Both the position numbers and the translations under genes were made by a program. This document shows positions 9,326 to 19,826 of a DNA stretch of 64,000 nt, piece by piece. The number at the start of each line of letters is the position of its first letter. Positions within the stretch are counted from its first letter, which is position 1. This DNA is from a bacterium (GTDB lineage Bacteria; Sysuimicrobiota; Sysuimicrobiia; Sysuimicrobiales; Humicultoraceae): the NCBI GenBank assembly GCA_041497675.1, contig JBGQGY010000001.1, positions 62,724 to 126,723 on the forward strand, given 5' to 3'. The notes beneath the pieces were generated by a model. The model saw only the letters and a program-made list of their open reading frames with translations. It was not told the DNA's origin and searched no databases.

Positions 9326-10439
9326 TCCCCGGTCGGCCCGCGACCTCTACGAAATCCTTGGCGTCGAGCGCGGCGCGACACAAGATGAGATCAAAGCGGC
9401 CTACCGCCGTCTGGCGCGCGAGACCCACCCCGACGTCCGCCGCGATGATCCTCACGCCACGGAGCGCTTCAAGGAAGTGAACGAAGCCTACGCCGTCCTG
9501 AGCGATCCGGATAAGCGCGACGACTATGATCGGTACGGGCAGGTTGGCCGGGGTGGGTCCTCTGATCCCTTCCAAGGTCCCGTTGGGCCGTTCGGCGACT
9601 TGTTCGACCTGTTCTTCGGTGGGCACGCCGCGTCCGCGCGGCCCGACCGCTCGGGCCCAGAGCGCGGCTCGGACCTACGGCTCGACATCGAGCTCACGCT
9701 CGAGGAGGTGGCCTCCGGTGTCGAACGTCAGGTGACCGCCGGGCGGCTCGAGACGTGCCCAGCGTGTTTTGGTACGGGGGCCGAGCGAGGCGCGACCCCG
9801 GAGCGATGCCCGACGTGCCAGGGGGCCGGTGAAGTCCGCCGGACGCAGCGCACGGTGCTTGGCCACATGACGCAGATCGGGTCGTGCCCGCAGTGCAGCG
9901 GCACGGGCACGTACATCGCCAAACCGTGTGCGAAGTGCCGGGGCGCGGGCCGGCTGGAGACGCGGCGCGAGGTGACGGTCTCGGTGCCGGCCGGGGTTGA
10001 GCATGGGATGCACCTGCGTCTGGCGAGTGAGGGCGAAGCCGGGGCGCGCGGCGGCGCACGAGGCGATCTGTTTGTCGTCATCCACGTGAAGCCCCATGAG
10101 ATCTTTGAACGGCGCGGGACCGATCTGTCCTGCGAGGTAAAAGTATCGATGGTCCAGGCGGCGATCGGTGACGAGATCCGCATCCCGACGCTCACCGGCG
10201 AAGCGACGCTGACCGTGCCCCCGGGTACGCAGCCGGGCGCGAGGCTCACGATGCGGGGTCAGGGGTTGCCGGGGGTGCGCGGCGGTCGCGGCGACCTGCA
10301 CGCGGCGATCCGCGTTGAGATCCCGCGCAACCTGACGGCCGAGCAGCGTGCACTGCTGCAGGAGTTCGGCGGGCTGCGCGCTGATCGTCCGGGCAAGCGC
10401 AAGACGGTCCTGAAGAAAGTCAAAGACCTGCTGCAGTAA
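9318..10439 (+). CDS. dnaJ: Chaperone DnaJ
   Basis: J-domain HPD and four CxxCxGxG repeats. Confidence 0.97.
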   Translation: MSSPRSARDLYEILGVERGATQDEIKAAYRRLARETHPDVRRDDPHATERFKEVNEAYAVLSDPDKRDDYDRYGQVGRGGSSDPFQGPVGPFGDLFDLFFGGHAASARPDRSGPERGSDLRLDIELTLEEVASGVERQVTAGRLETCPACFGTGAERGATPERCPTCQGAGEVRRTQRTVLGHMTQIGSCPQCSGTGTYIAKPCAKCRGAGRLETRREVTVSVPAGVEHGMHLRLASEGEAGARGGARGDLFVVIHVKPHEIFERRGTDLSCEVKVSMVQAAIGDEIRIPTLTGEATLTVPPGTQPGARLTMRGQGLPGVRGGRGDLHAAIRVEIPRNLTAEQRALLQEFGGLRADRPGKRKTVLKKVKDLLQ

Positions 10440-10443
10440 CCCC

Positions 10444-11328
10444 GTGCGGTGGATTGAAGTGTCCGTGGACGCGACCCGATCGTGGGTAGAAGCGGTGGGG
10501 GACGCGCTCCTGCAGTACTGCCCGCAAGGGTTCTCGGAGAGCGCAGCCGGCCGGGCGGGTCACCGCCTGCTCCGCGCCTACCTCCCCACAGGGGTGGATG
10601 GTCGCGCGAGATTGCGGTTGCTCCGGCGAGCGGTCGTCAGGTTGGCGGGTCGACCACGCGTGCGGGCACGCGTGGTGCATGATGCGGGATGGGCGGCGCT
10701 GTGGAAGATCCACGCGCACCCGTTCCGGGTCGGGCGTGTCCTGATCCAGCCCAGCGGGGGGACGGTTCACGCGGATCGTCACGGCGACGGTCGAGCGGCC
10801 GGCGGTGCCGCTCACGTCGTGGTCAGGCTCGACCCCGGTATGGCCTTCGGCAGCGGTGAGCATGCCTCGACGCAGTTGTGTCTGTCGGCGATCGACCGGT
10901 TTGTCACACGCCGATCGGTGCTGATCGACCTCGGAACCGGATCGGGGATTCTGGCGATCGCCGCCGCGCGGTTCGGGGCGCGTCGCGTGCTGGCGATCGA
11001 CAACGACCCGCTTGCGGTGGCCGTCGCACGCGCAAACGTCAGGCGAAACGGTGTCGCGCGCCGGGTCACGGTGCGCCGCGGGGAGGGGCTGGCGGGGGTT
11101 CGGCGCCGCGCCGACCTCATCGTGGCGAATCTGACAGCGGACATCTTGCCCGGGGTGTTGGACGACGTCGCGCGGTGTCTCGTCCCCGGCGGCGGGTTCG
11201 TCGCGTCGGGGTTCGGCAGCCCGCGGGTCGCGGAGGTCCGACGGCGCATTCGGGCGGCCGGGCTGCGCGTGGTGGCCACACGGCGCGTGCGTGGATGGTG
11301 CGCTGTGCACGCGGCCAGCAGGCCATGA
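10444..11328 (+). CDS. prmA: Ribosomal protein L11 methyltransferase
   Basis: LDPGMAFGSGEHAST, DLGTGSGILA, IVANL. Confidence 0.93.
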   Translation: MRWIEVSVDATRSWVEAVGDALLQYCPQGFSESAAGRAGHRLLRAYLPTGVDGRARLRLLRRAVVRLAGRPRVRARVVHDAGWAALWKIHAHPFRVGRVLIQPSGGTVHADRHGDGRAAGGAAHVVVRLDPGMAFGSGEHASTQLCLSAIDRFVTRRSVLIDLGTGSGILAIAAARFGARRVLAIDNDPLAVAVARANVRRNGVARRVTVRRGEGLAGVRRRADLIVANLTADILPGVLDDVARCLVPGGGFVASGFGSPRVAEVRRRIRAAGLRVVATRRVRGWCAVHAASRP

Positions 11329-12074
11329 GCGCGGCCGAGTCCCCCCGGGTCCGGAGGCGCTTTTTCGCACCTGCGGCGGCCCTCGACAGTGAGCGGGTCG
11401 TTTTTCTGCCGCGGGAGGCGCATCACATCGCGCACGTGCTGCGGCTGCGGCCCGGCGCGCGACTGGTCGCGTTCGACGGCGCGCGTGAGGTTGACGTCGA
11501 GCTCGACACCGTGAGCCCTGAGGTCGTGGCGCGGCGCCTCGGCACCCCGGCCCCGTCGCGGCGACCGATTGAGATCGCATTGCTGCAGGGCGTCGCGCGC
11601 GGTCCGAGGATGGATCTCGTCGTCCGCATGGCCACGGAGATCGGGATCTCCGCGATCCATCCGGTGCTGACGAGCCGCGCCGTGGCCGATCCGGCACCCG
11701 CCCGTGTGGACCGGTGGCGCCGGATCGCGCTGGAATCCGCCCGCCAGTGTGGACGCGCCGATCTGCCGGACATTCATCCTCCGGCGAGTCTCAGCGAATC
11801 GCTCGCGGCCCTCGGCCCGGTGGATCTCTTGTTGGTCCCCTGGGAAGAGGAGTCGCGGCCGATTGGGACGGTGCTGGCCGACCGCGCGTGTGCGACCGTC
11901 GCCGTGGTCATCGGGCCCGAGGGCGGTTTGACTCTGGGAGAGGTCGACCTCGCACGGCGCGCCGGGGGCGAGACAGTGTCTCTCGGGCCCTTGATCCTGC
12001 GCACGGAGACCGCCGGGCTCGTGGCGGCGGCGATGATCATCTACGAGCGTCTGCTCCGCCCCGCGCCACGGTAG
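11325..12074 (+). CDS. rsmE: 16S rRNA m3U1498 methyltransferase
   Basis: HHIAHVLRL, ESARQCGR, IGPEGG, SLGPLILRTETA; ATGA overlap with prmA. Confidence 0.95.
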   Translation: MSAAESPRVRRRFFAPAAALDSERVVFLPREAHHIAHVLRLRPGARLVAFDGAREVDVELDTVSPEVVARRLGTPAPSRRPIEIALLQGVARGPRMDLVVRMATEIGISAIHPVLTSRAVADPAPARVDRWRRIALESARQCGRADLPDIHPPASLSESLAALGPVDLLLVPWEEESRPIGTVLADRACATVAVVIGPEGGLTLGEVDLARRAGGETVSLGPLILRTETAGLVAAAMIIYERLLRPAPR

Positions 12075-12083
12075 GCTACACCA

Positions 12084-12121
12084 GTTGCATTTCCATGCAC
12101 CGGTATGTATAATCATACCAT
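12084..12121 (+). promoter_or_regulatory. Tandem ARG boxes overlapping the argC promoter
   Basis: gtTGCATttccATGCAcc (12084-12101) and taTGTATaatcATACCat (12104-12121); -35 TTGCAT (12085-12090), 17 bp spacer, TATAAT (12108-12113). Confidence 0.85.
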
Positions 12122-12122
12122 T

Positions 12123-13160
12123 ATGCCAATCCGTGTCAGCATCATTGGAGCCTCCGGATATGGTGGTGGGGAGCTCGTGCGACTGCTCGTCGGCCACCCC
12201 GAGGTGCGCCTCGTGCACCTGACCGCCGAGAGCCGCAAGGCCGAGCCCTACGGCGAGGTCTTTCCGAACCTGCGCGGGTTCGTCTCGCACGTCACCGAAG
12301 AAGCCAACCTCGAAGCCATCGGGGCCGACTCTGACGTCGTCTTCTTCGCGCTCCCCAACGGCATGCCGATGACGATGGCGCCGAAGTTGGGCTCCAAGGT
12401 GAAGATCGTCGATCTCGGCGCCGACTTCCGGTTGAAGAATCTCGCCACGTACAAGCAGTGGTACAAGGCCGATCATGCCTGCCCGGACCTGTTGTCGGAG
12501 TCCGTCTACGGCCAGCCGGAACTCCACCGCGAGGAGATCAAGAGCGCCCGCGTCATCGGCAACCCGGGCTGTTATCCAACGGCGGCCCTGATCGCCATCG
12601 CCCCGTATGTCCAGGCCAACGTCGTCGAGCGCAACGACATCATCGTCGACGCCAAGTCCGGCGTGTCGGGTGCCGGGCGAGGCGCCTCGATGGGCGTGCA
12701 CTTCTCCGAAGTGAACGAGAATGTCAAACCCTATAACGTGGCCGCGCACCGGCACGGCCCGGAAATGGAGCAAGAAGTCGCAGCGCTGGCCGGGGCGCCA
12801 ATGACCGTCACGTTCACGCCGCATCTGATTCCGATGACGCGCGGCATCCTGGCGACGGTCTACATGCGTCTGGTGCACTCCATGACCACCGCTGAGGCCG
12901 AGGGTGTCCTGCTGGAAGCGTACGCACACGAACCGTTCGTGCGGGTGCTACCGGGTGGTCTCCCGGAGACCAAAGCCACGTTTGGATCGAACTACTGCGA
13001 CGTGGCGGTGCGCGTCGATCCGCGCGGCAAGGTGTTGATCGTCATGGCCGCCATCGACAACCTGGTCAAGGGTGCGTCGGGCCAGGCGATCCAGAACATG
13101 AACCTGATGTGTGGGGTGTCCGAGCGCACGGGGATCGATCGCCCGCCGATCTACCCGTAG
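12123..13160 (+). CDS. argC: N-acetyl-gamma-glutamyl-phosphate reductase
   Basis: IIGASGYGG, GNPGCYPT, SGVSGAGR, DNLVKGASGQA. Confidence 0.97.
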   Translation: MPIRVSIIGASGYGGGELVRLLVGHPEVRLVHLTAESRKAEPYGEVFPNLRGFVSHVTEEANLEAIGADSDVVFFALPNGMPMTMAPKLGSKVKIVDLGADFRLKNLATYKQWYKADHACPDLLSESVYGQPELHREEIKSARVIGNPGCYPTAALIAIAPYVQANVVERNDIIVDAKSGVSGAGRGASMGVHFSEVNENVKPYNVAAHRHGPEMEQEVAALAGAPMTVTFTPHLIPMTRGILATVYMRLVHSMTTAEAEGVLLEAYAHEPFVRVLPGGLPETKATFGSNYCDVAVRVDPRGKVLIVMAAIDNLVKGASGQAIQNMNLMCGVSERTGIDRPPIYP

Positions 13161-13184
13161 CGAAGAAAGGACGGAGAGACGCCG

Positions 13185-14402
13185 ATGGCGATCTTGCGGC
13201 ACCAGGTGACGGCCATGGAGGGCACCGTGACCACGCCGCGCGGGTTTCGCGCAGCGGGGATTCACTGCGGCATCAAACCGGAGAAGCCCGACCTGGCGCT
13301 GATCGTCTCCGACGCGCCCGCGCCGGCCGCCGGCATGTTCACGCAGATCAAGACACGCTCCGCGCCGGTGATTATCAACGAGATGAAGTTGAAGAGCGGC
13401 CGGGCGCAGGCGGTGATCATCAACAGCGGGAACGCCAACGCCGCCACGGGGGAGCGAGGGTTCGCCGACGCGCGCACGATGTGCGCCGCCGCGGCGAAGG
13501 CCTTGGGCATCACCGACGACCTGGTGCTCGTCGCCAGCACGGGGGTGATCGGGCGGCCGCTCCCGATCGAGAAGATCACCACGGCCGTGCCGTCGCTGGT
13601 GGCAGCCCTGGGCTCGGACGGGATGACCGCCGCGCGCGCCATCCTGACGACCGACGCCTTTGCAAAGACTGCCGCCGCCGAAGTCGACCTGGGCGACCGC
13701 ACGATCAGGATCGGCGGCATCGCCAAAGGGGCGGGGATGATCCATCCGAACATGGCGACGATGATCGCCGTGATCACGACCGACGCCGCAGTCGAGCCGG
13801 TCGTCCTGCGGACGGCGGTACGGGCCGCGGTGGGGAAAACGTTCAACTGTATCAGCGTGGACGGCGACACCTCGACAAGCGACAGCGTCTTCCTCCTGGC
13901 GAACGGAGCCTCAGGCAGCGCGCCGATGACCGCCGAAGACGACCGCTACGCGGCCTTCGTGGCCGGGCTCACGCACGTCGCGGGCCGGCTGGCGCGGCTG
14001 ATCGTTGAGGATGGCGAGGGGACGACCCGATTGATCGAGGTCACGGTGCGCGGCGCCCGGTCCGACGCCGATGCGCGGTTGGCGGGGCGGACGGTCATGA
14101 GCTCAATGCTCGTGAAGACGATGTTTTACGGCGCCGAGCTCAACTGGGGGCGGATCACCGCCGCGGTGGGCCGTAGCGGCGCGGACGTGGATCCCGATCG
14201 TCTGGGCGTCGCGATCGGCGATGTCTGGATCGTGAAGAACGGGGTCGGCGTCCCCGCGGTCTACGCGCAGGCCGAACCCCTGCTGCGCGAGAAAGAGGTG
14301 CGCGTCACGATCGACCTCGGGCTGGGTGACGGGACGTTTACCGGGTGGACCAACGATCTGGGCGAGACATACGTGAAGATCAACAGCGGGTATCTCACGT
14401 GA
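13185..14402 (+). CDS. argJ: Bifunctional ornithine acetyltransferase / N-acetylglutamate synthase
   Basis: NSGNANAATG, KGAGMIHPNMATM, DGDTSTSD, DGEG. Confidence 0.97.
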   Translation: MAILRHQVTAMEGTVTTPRGFRAAGIHCGIKPEKPDLALIVSDAPAPAAGMFTQIKTRSAPVIINEMKLKSGRAQAVIINSGNANAATGERGFADARTMCAAAAKALGITDDLVLVASTGVIGRPLPIEKITTAVPSLVAALGSDGMTAARAILTTDAFAKTAAAEVDLGDRTIRIGGIAKGAGMIHPNMATMIAVITTDAAVEPVVLRTAVRAAVGKTFNCISVDGDTSTSDSVFLLANGASGSAPMTAEDDRYAAFVAGLTHVAGRLARLIVEDGEGTTRLIEVTVRGARSDADARLAGRTVMSSMLVKTMFYGAELNWGRITAAVGRSGADVDPDRLGVAIGDVWIVKNGVGVPAVYAQAEPLLREKEVRVTIDLGLGDGTFTGWTNDLGETYVKINSGYLT

Positions 14403-15316
14403 TCACGTCACCGGCGATCGATCTGGCCACCGAGGCCCGGTTGATCGCCGCGGGGGTTCGGTATGCCGCCGCGTGGCGGGGGAAGACCGTCGTCATCAAG
14501 TACGGCGGCAGCGTACTCGATGCCGGTGCCGCGGGCACGGTGATCGAAGACCTGGTGTTGCTGAAGGGTGCAGGGGTGAACCCCGTTCTCGTGCACGGCG
14601 GCGGTCCTGAGATCACCAAGATGCTCGAACGGGTCGGCAAAGAAGCGCGATTCGTCAACGGTCTGCGCGTGACGGACGCCGAGACGATGGAAATCGTCGA
14701 AATGGTGCTTGCGGGGCGGACCAACAAGGCCATGGTGACGATGATCGGCACCGCGGGCGGCAGCGCCGTGGGACTGTCCGGCAAAGACGCCGGCCTGCTG
14801 CGCGCCCGCAAGTTGACCGGTCCGGTCGATCTGGGTTTCGTCGGCGAGGTCACCGACGTGCACCCCGAGGTGATCCACACCATCAGTGCGACCGGACACA
14901 TCCCGGTGATCGCGTCAATCGGCATCGGGCCCGAGGGCGAGAGTCTAAATTTGAACGCCGATCATGCCGCCGGCGCGCTCGCCGCGGCCGTCGGTGCGAG
15001 CAAGCTGATCATCCTGACAGACGTACGCGGCGTCATGCGGACCGATGGCGCCACCATGTCGCTGATTTCAAACTTGACCGCGGCGGAGGCGCGACGCCTG
15101 ATCGCCGACGGCACGGTGTCACGTGGGATGATCCCCAAAGTCGAGGCCTGTCTCATGGCCATCGAACGGGGCGTCCCGAGCGCGCACGTCATCGGGACCG
15201 AGGTGCCGCACGCGTTGCTTCTCGAACTGTTCACCGAAGAGGGTGTGGGCACGATGATCACCGCCGGGCCTGTGGGGTCGGCCGGCGGAGCATCGATCTC
15301 CGGAGGTGCGAGATGA
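14399..15316 (+). CDS. argB: Acetylglutamate kinase
   Basis: VIKYGGS, VHGGGPEI, GLRVTD, NLNAD, GMIPKV. Confidence 0.97.
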   Translation: MITSPAIDLATEARLIAAGVRYAAAWRGKTVVIKYGGSVLDAGAAGTVIEDLVLLKGAGVNPVLVHGGGPEITKMLERVGKEARFVNGLRVTDAETMEIVEMVLAGRTNKAMVTMIGTAGGSAVGLSGKDAGLLRARKLTGPVDLGFVGEVTDVHPEVIHTISATGHIPVIASIGIGPEGESLNLNADHAAGALAAAVGASKLIILTDVRGVMRTDGATMSLISNLTAAEARRLIADGTVSRGMIPKVEACLMAIERGVPSAHVIGTEVPHALLLELFTEEGVGTMITAGPVGSAGGASISGGAR

Positions 15317-16533
15317 CGACGGCCGATGTGATCGCCATGGCGGACCAGTACCTGTTGTCGAACTACCGGCGGGCGCCCATTGCGTTCTCGCACGGCCAGG
15401 GGGTGTGGTTGTTCGATCTGGAGGGCCGGCGCTATCTAGATTTCATCGGCGGGATCGCCGTCAGCGCGCTCGGTCACAACCATCCCAGACTGGTGGCGGC
15501 GATCCAGACCCAGGCGGCGAAGGTGCTCCATGTCTCCAACCTGTTTCAGATCCCTGAACAGGCCGCGCTGGCGAAATGGCTGGTTGACCACTCCGTGTTC
15601 GACAAGGCCTTCTTTTGTAACAGCGGCGCGGAGGCGATCGAGGGGGCCATCAAACTGTCCCGTCGGTGGGGCCGACGCGACGGCCGCGATCGGTTCGAGA
15701 TCATCGTGGCGCAGCACTCGTTCCACGGCCGCACGATTGGCGCCCTGGCGGCGACGATGCAGCCGAAGTACCAGCAGCCGTTTGCGCCGCTGGTGCCGGG
15801 GTTCGTGGGCGTGCCGTTCAACGACATGGATGCGATCCCCGGTGCGACCACGGGCCGCACCGTCGCGATCATGCTCGAACCGGTACAGGGCGAAGGCGGC
15901 ATCGTGCCCGCCACACCCGCGTATTTGCAGAGCGTCCGCGAGTGGTGTGACGCTCACGACCTGTTGCTGATCCTTGACGAAGTCCAGACCGGGATCGGCC
16001 GCACCGGCACGCTGTTTGCGTACGAGCAGTACGGCATGGAGCCCGATGTGGTCGCCCTGGCGAAGGGGCTCGGCGGGGGCGTGCCCATCGGCGCGTTGCT
16101 GATGAAAGAGCACGCCGCGGCGTTGGGCCCCGGTGATCACGGCACGACGTTTGGCGGCAACCCGCTGGCGTGCGCCGCCGCGCTGGCCGTCTTGAACACC
16201 ATCGCCGACGATCGCCTGGCCGAGAACGCGGCGACCATGGGCGAACGATTCACCGCGGGGCTGCAGCGGCTCGTGGAGCGCGGGGTTGCCAAGGGCGTGC
16301 GCGGCCGCGGCCTGCTGCTGGCCCTCGAACTCAACGGCGAGGCGGCGCCGGTTGTGGACCGGTGTCGTGAGGCCGGGTTGCTCGCAAACGCGGTGCAGGC
16401 GAACGCGCTGCGGTTTGCCCCGCCGCTGACCGTCCAGGCGGCGGAGATCGATCAGGCGCTGGCGATCGTCGAACAGGTGCTGGTGGCCCAGGGGACGCAG
16501 ACGGAGTCGGTCCGGAGCACGGCAACGCATTGA
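15313..16533 (+). CDS. argD: Acetylornithine aminotransferase
   Basis: FFCNSGAEA, SFHGRT, DEVQTGIGRTG, AKGLGGG, HGTTFGGNP. Confidence 0.95.
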   Translation: MTTADVIAMADQYLLSNYRRAPIAFSHGQGVWLFDLEGRRYLDFIGGIAVSALGHNHPRLVAAIQTQAAKVLHVSNLFQIPEQAALAKWLVDHSVFDKAFFCNSGAEAIEGAIKLSRRWGRRDGRDRFEIIVAQHSFHGRTIGALAATMQPKYQQPFAPLVPGFVGVPFNDMDAIPGATTGRTVAIMLEPVQGEGGIVPATPAYLQSVREWCDAHDLLLILDEVQTGIGRTGTLFAYEQYGMEPDVVALAKGLGGGVPIGALLMKEHAAALGPGDHGTTFGGNPLACAAALAVLNTIADDRLAENAATMGERFTAGLQRLVERGVAKGVRGRGLLLALELNGEAAPVVDRCREAGLLANAVQANALRFAPPLTVQAAEIDQALAIVEQVLVAQGTQTESVRSTATH

Positions 16534-16575
16534 CGCCGCATCGTTGACATAGCAGAGAGAAGCGAGGGGAGCAGA

Positions 16576-17808
16576 GTGATGACGGTGAAGACGGTCGCCC
16601 TAGGGTATTCCGGCGGGCTCGATACCTCGTGCGCCATTCCCTGGCTGCGCGAGACGTACGGGTGCCAGGTGCTTGCGGTCATCGTGGACGTCGGGCAAGG
16701 CGAAGACCTGGATGCCGTCCGCAAGAAGGCCGTGGCCAGCGGCGCGTCGGCCGCGTTTGTGGTCGACGTCCGGCGCCCGTTTGTGACCGACTACATCGTC
16801 CCGATGGTCCAGGCGGGGGCCGTGTACGAGGGCCGGTACCTGTTGGGGACCGCACTGGCGCGGCCGCTGATTGCCAAGACGCAGGTCGAAGTGGCGCTGG
16901 CCGAAGGCGCCGACGGGGTGGCTCACGGCTGCACCGGGAAGGGCAACGATCAGGTGCGTTTTGAGCTTGCCTACCAGGCCCTCGCGCCGCAGCTCAAAAT
17001 CATCGCGCCCTGGCGCGAGTGGCACATCAAGGGGCGTGAGCAGGCCATCGACTACGCGAACGCGCACGGCGTGCCGGTCGCGGCGACCACGGCGAAGCCG
17101 TACAGCGTCGACCGCAACCTGTGGCACTGCAGCAGTGAGGCCGGGATTCTCGAAGACATCTGGGCCGAGCCGCCTGCCGATCTCTATCAGTACACGGCGG
17201 ATCCCCAAACGGCGCCGGACGACCCCGCCTACATCGAGATCGAGTTCGAGGCGGGCGTGCCGGTGGGGCTGGGCGGCCAGCGCCTTGATGCCCTGACGCT
17301 CATGGACCGGTTGAATGAGGCGGGGGCCCGGCATGGAGTCGGCCGCATCGACATGGTCGAAAATCGGCTGGTCGGGATGAAGACGCGCGGCGTCTATGAG
17401 ACCCCGGGTGGCACGATCCTGACCACCGCGCACCGCGACCTCGAGGCCATCACGATCGAGCGCGAGTGCGCGCACTACAAGATGCTCATCGGTCAGCGCT
17501 ACGCGGAACTGATCTACTACGGTCAGTGGTTTTCTCCGCTGCGCCAAGCGTTCGACGCCTTCGTGGCCTCGACACAGCGCACGGCGACCGGGACGGTCCG
17601 GGTGAAGCTGTTCAAGGGAAGCGCGATGGCCGTCGGACGCCAGGCGCCGGACTCGCTGTACAACGCCGAGCTGGCGACCTTTGGCGAGGACTCGGTCTAC
17701 GATCAGCGCGAGGCTCAGGGCTTCATCAACCTGTGGGGTCTTCCGACCAAGGTGTTTGCGAACGCGAACCCCCAGCTGATTCGGTCGTTGCGTGAGCGGG
17801 TCAAGTAA
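16576..17808 (+). CDS. argG: Argininosuccinate synthase
   Basis: YSGGLDTS, HGCTGKGNDQVRF, ENRLVGMK. Confidence 0.98.
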   Translation: MMTVKTVALGYSGGLDTSCAIPWLRETYGCQVLAVIVDVGQGEDLDAVRKKAVASGASAAFVVDVRRPFVTDYIVPMVQAGAVYEGRYLLGTALARPLIAKTQVEVALAEGADGVAHGCTGKGNDQVRFELAYQALAPQLKIIAPWREWHIKGREQAIDYANAHGVPVAATTAKPYSVDRNLWHCSSEAGILEDIWAEPPADLYQYTADPQTAPDDPAYIEIEFEAGVPVGLGGQRLDALTLMDRLNEAGARHGVGRIDMVENRLVGMKTRGVYETPGGTILTTAHRDLEAITIERECAHYKMLIGQRYAELIYYGQWFSPLRQAFDAFVASTQRTATGTVRVKLFKGSAMAVGRQAPDSLYNAELATFGEDSVYDQREAQGFINLWGLPTKVFANANPQLIRSLRERVK

Positions 17809-19270
17809 GCCGGCCGGCAAATTCCGGATGTGGGGCGGGCGGTTCGCCGCCGAGCCGGATGCCCGTGCCCTGGCGCTGCTGGTCTCGCTGCCGGTCGACC
17901 GCAGGTTGCTGCGCTGGGATCTGCTGGGGAGTCTGGGGCACGTGATTGCCCTCGGCGAGGCGCGGGTGATCCCCTCACGCGCCGCCGCCGATCTGGCCGC
18001 GGAGCTCCGGCGGATGCTGCAGGAAGCGGACGCGGGTTCACTCGTCCCCGAAGAGGGATACGAAGACATCCACTCATTCGTCGAGGCCACATTGGTCGAG
18101 CGCGTGGGCGCGGTCGCCGGCTGGCTGCACACGGGACGCAGCCGAAACGATCAGGTGGTCACGGCGTTTCGCTTGGCGCTCAAGCACGAGATCCGTCGCA
18201 CCTTGCACGGCGTCGCGGGGTTGCAGGAACGATTGCTCGAACGGGCGCAGGAGATGAGGGCGGTCATGTTGCCGTCCTATACGCACATGCAGCGGGCCCA
18301 GCCGGTGGTGCTGGCGCACCTGTGGCTCGCGTACTTCTGGATGCTGTCACGCGACGCGGGCCGCCTGCAGGATGCCTATCGAAGACTCGACGTGCTGCCG
18401 CTGGGGTCCGGTGCGATTGCCGGTACCGGCTTTCCCGTCGACCGCGCGCGGCAGGCCGCGTTGCTGGGCTTCGCCCAGGTGAGTGAGAACAGCGTGGACG
18501 CGACCGGTGACCGCGACTTTGCCCTGGAAGCCGTCGCGGCCGCGAGCGGGTTGCTCGTACACCTCTCGCGATGGGCCGAAGAACTCGTGTTGTGGATGAC
18601 GAAGGAATTCGAGTTTGCCAGTCTGCCCGACTCCATCATGACCGGCAGCAGCCTGATGCCCCAGAAGAAGAACCCCGATCTGTTGGAGCTCGTACGGGCG
18701 CAGGCCGGGGTGGCACTGGGCTCGCTGGTCACCCTGGCGACGGTGATGAAAGGGATCCCGCTAGGGTACAACCGCGATCTTCAGGAAGACAAGGCACCCA
18801 CGTTCGCCGCGTTTCGGGCCGCGATGTTCGCGCTCGAAGCGATGAGTCTCGTCGTCGAGACCATCGCGATCCGGTCTGACCGCATGGCGGCGGCGCTGCG
18901 TGGCGGGTTCCTGACGGCTACCGAGGTCGCCGACTACCTGGTGCGGCGTGGGGTACCGTTCAGGGAGGCGCACGGGCTGGCCGGCAAAGTGGTTCTTGCC
19001 GCCGAAGCGGCGGGGTGTGAACTGTGGGAACTGCCGCTGGACGCCTACCGGCGGGTGTCTCCGTTGTTCGACGACGATGTCCTTCAGGCCGTGACACCCG
19101 AGGGCGCTGTGGCTGCGAAGGACGTCCCGGGTGGTACCGCGCCCCGCCGCGTTGGTGAGGCCCTCGACGCGGCCAGGGCAGGGTGCGCGGTCGGACGGGC
19201 CTGGTGCGACAAGGCCGAAGCCGACTACGTGGCCGCTGAGACACGGCTGCTCGCGGCGGTTCCCGGTTAG
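17792..19270 (+). CDS. argH: Argininosuccinate lyase (start may be ATG 17828)
   Basis: WGGRF, HTGRSRNDQ, YTHMQRAQP, GSSLMPQKKNPD. Confidence 0.97.
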   Translation: MSGSSKPAGKFRMWGGRFAAEPDARALALLVSLPVDRRLLRWDLLGSLGHVIALGEARVIPSRAAADLAAELRRMLQEADAGSLVPEEGYEDIHSFVEATLVERVGAVAGWLHTGRSRNDQVVTAFRLALKHEIRRTLHGVAGLQERLLERAQEMRAVMLPSYTHMQRAQPVVLAHLWLAYFWMLSRDAGRLQDAYRRLDVLPLGSGAIAGTGFPVDRARQAALLGFAQVSENSVDATGDRDFALEAVAAASGLLVHLSRWAEELVLWMTKEFEFASLPDSIMTGSSLMPQKKNPDLLELVRAQAGVALGSLVTLATVMKGIPLGYNRDLQEDKAPTFAAFRAAMFALEAMSLVVETIAIRSDRMAAALRGGFLTATEVADYLVRRGVPFREAHGLAGKVVLAAEAAGCELWELPLDAYRRVSPLFDDDVLQAVTPEGAVAAKDVPGGTAPRRVGEALDAARAGCAVGRAWCDKAEADYVAAETRLLAAVPG

Positions 19271-19281
19271 CGGCACGTCCG

Positions 19282-19734
19282 ATGCGATCACGCGATCGTC
19301 TGATCCTCGACATCATCGCCCAGCGGCCGATCGGCACACAGGACGATTTGGTCGAGGCGTTGAGAAGCACGGGGATTGAGGTCACACAGGCGACCGTTTC
19401 CCGGGACATCAGGCGTCTCGGCCTGATCAAGGTGCCGGCTGGCGGCGGGGCGTATCGCTATCAGGCGCCCAACGCGGCGCGGCCGCAGGCACGCGAAGTC
19501 GAGGGCCGGCTGAGACGGGCGTTTGATGACTACGTGGAGAGCATCGACGAGGGAAGCGGGCTCATCCTGGTCAAAACCGCCTCGGGCAGCGCGGGGACGG
19601 TCGCGGAAGCCATCGACGAGATGAGCTGGAAAGAGGTCGTGGGCACCGTCGCCGGCGACAATACCATCATTATCGTGTCACGGCGGCCGGCGATGCGGGC
19701 GGCCGTGCTCGCCCGGCTCCGCGGTTTGCTCTGA
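19282..19734 (+). CDS. argR: Arginine repressor
   Basis: TQATVSRDI, VGTVAGDNTI. Confidence 0.96.
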   Translation: MRSRDRLILDIIAQRPIGTQDDLVEALRSTGIEVTQATVSRDIRRLGLIKVPAGGGAYRYQAPNAARPQAREVEGRLRRAFDDYVESIDEGSGLILVKTASGSAGTVAEAIDEMSWKEVVGTVAGDNTIIIVSRRPAMRAAVLARLRGLL

Positions 19735-19826
19735 GGCTGGGGGAACAGGCTGCCGGGACGTCGCCGTCGGCGCGGGGAGGTAGGCCATTCGGTGGCGCCG
19801 AACGTCGTCAAGAATAGGAGGACGGA

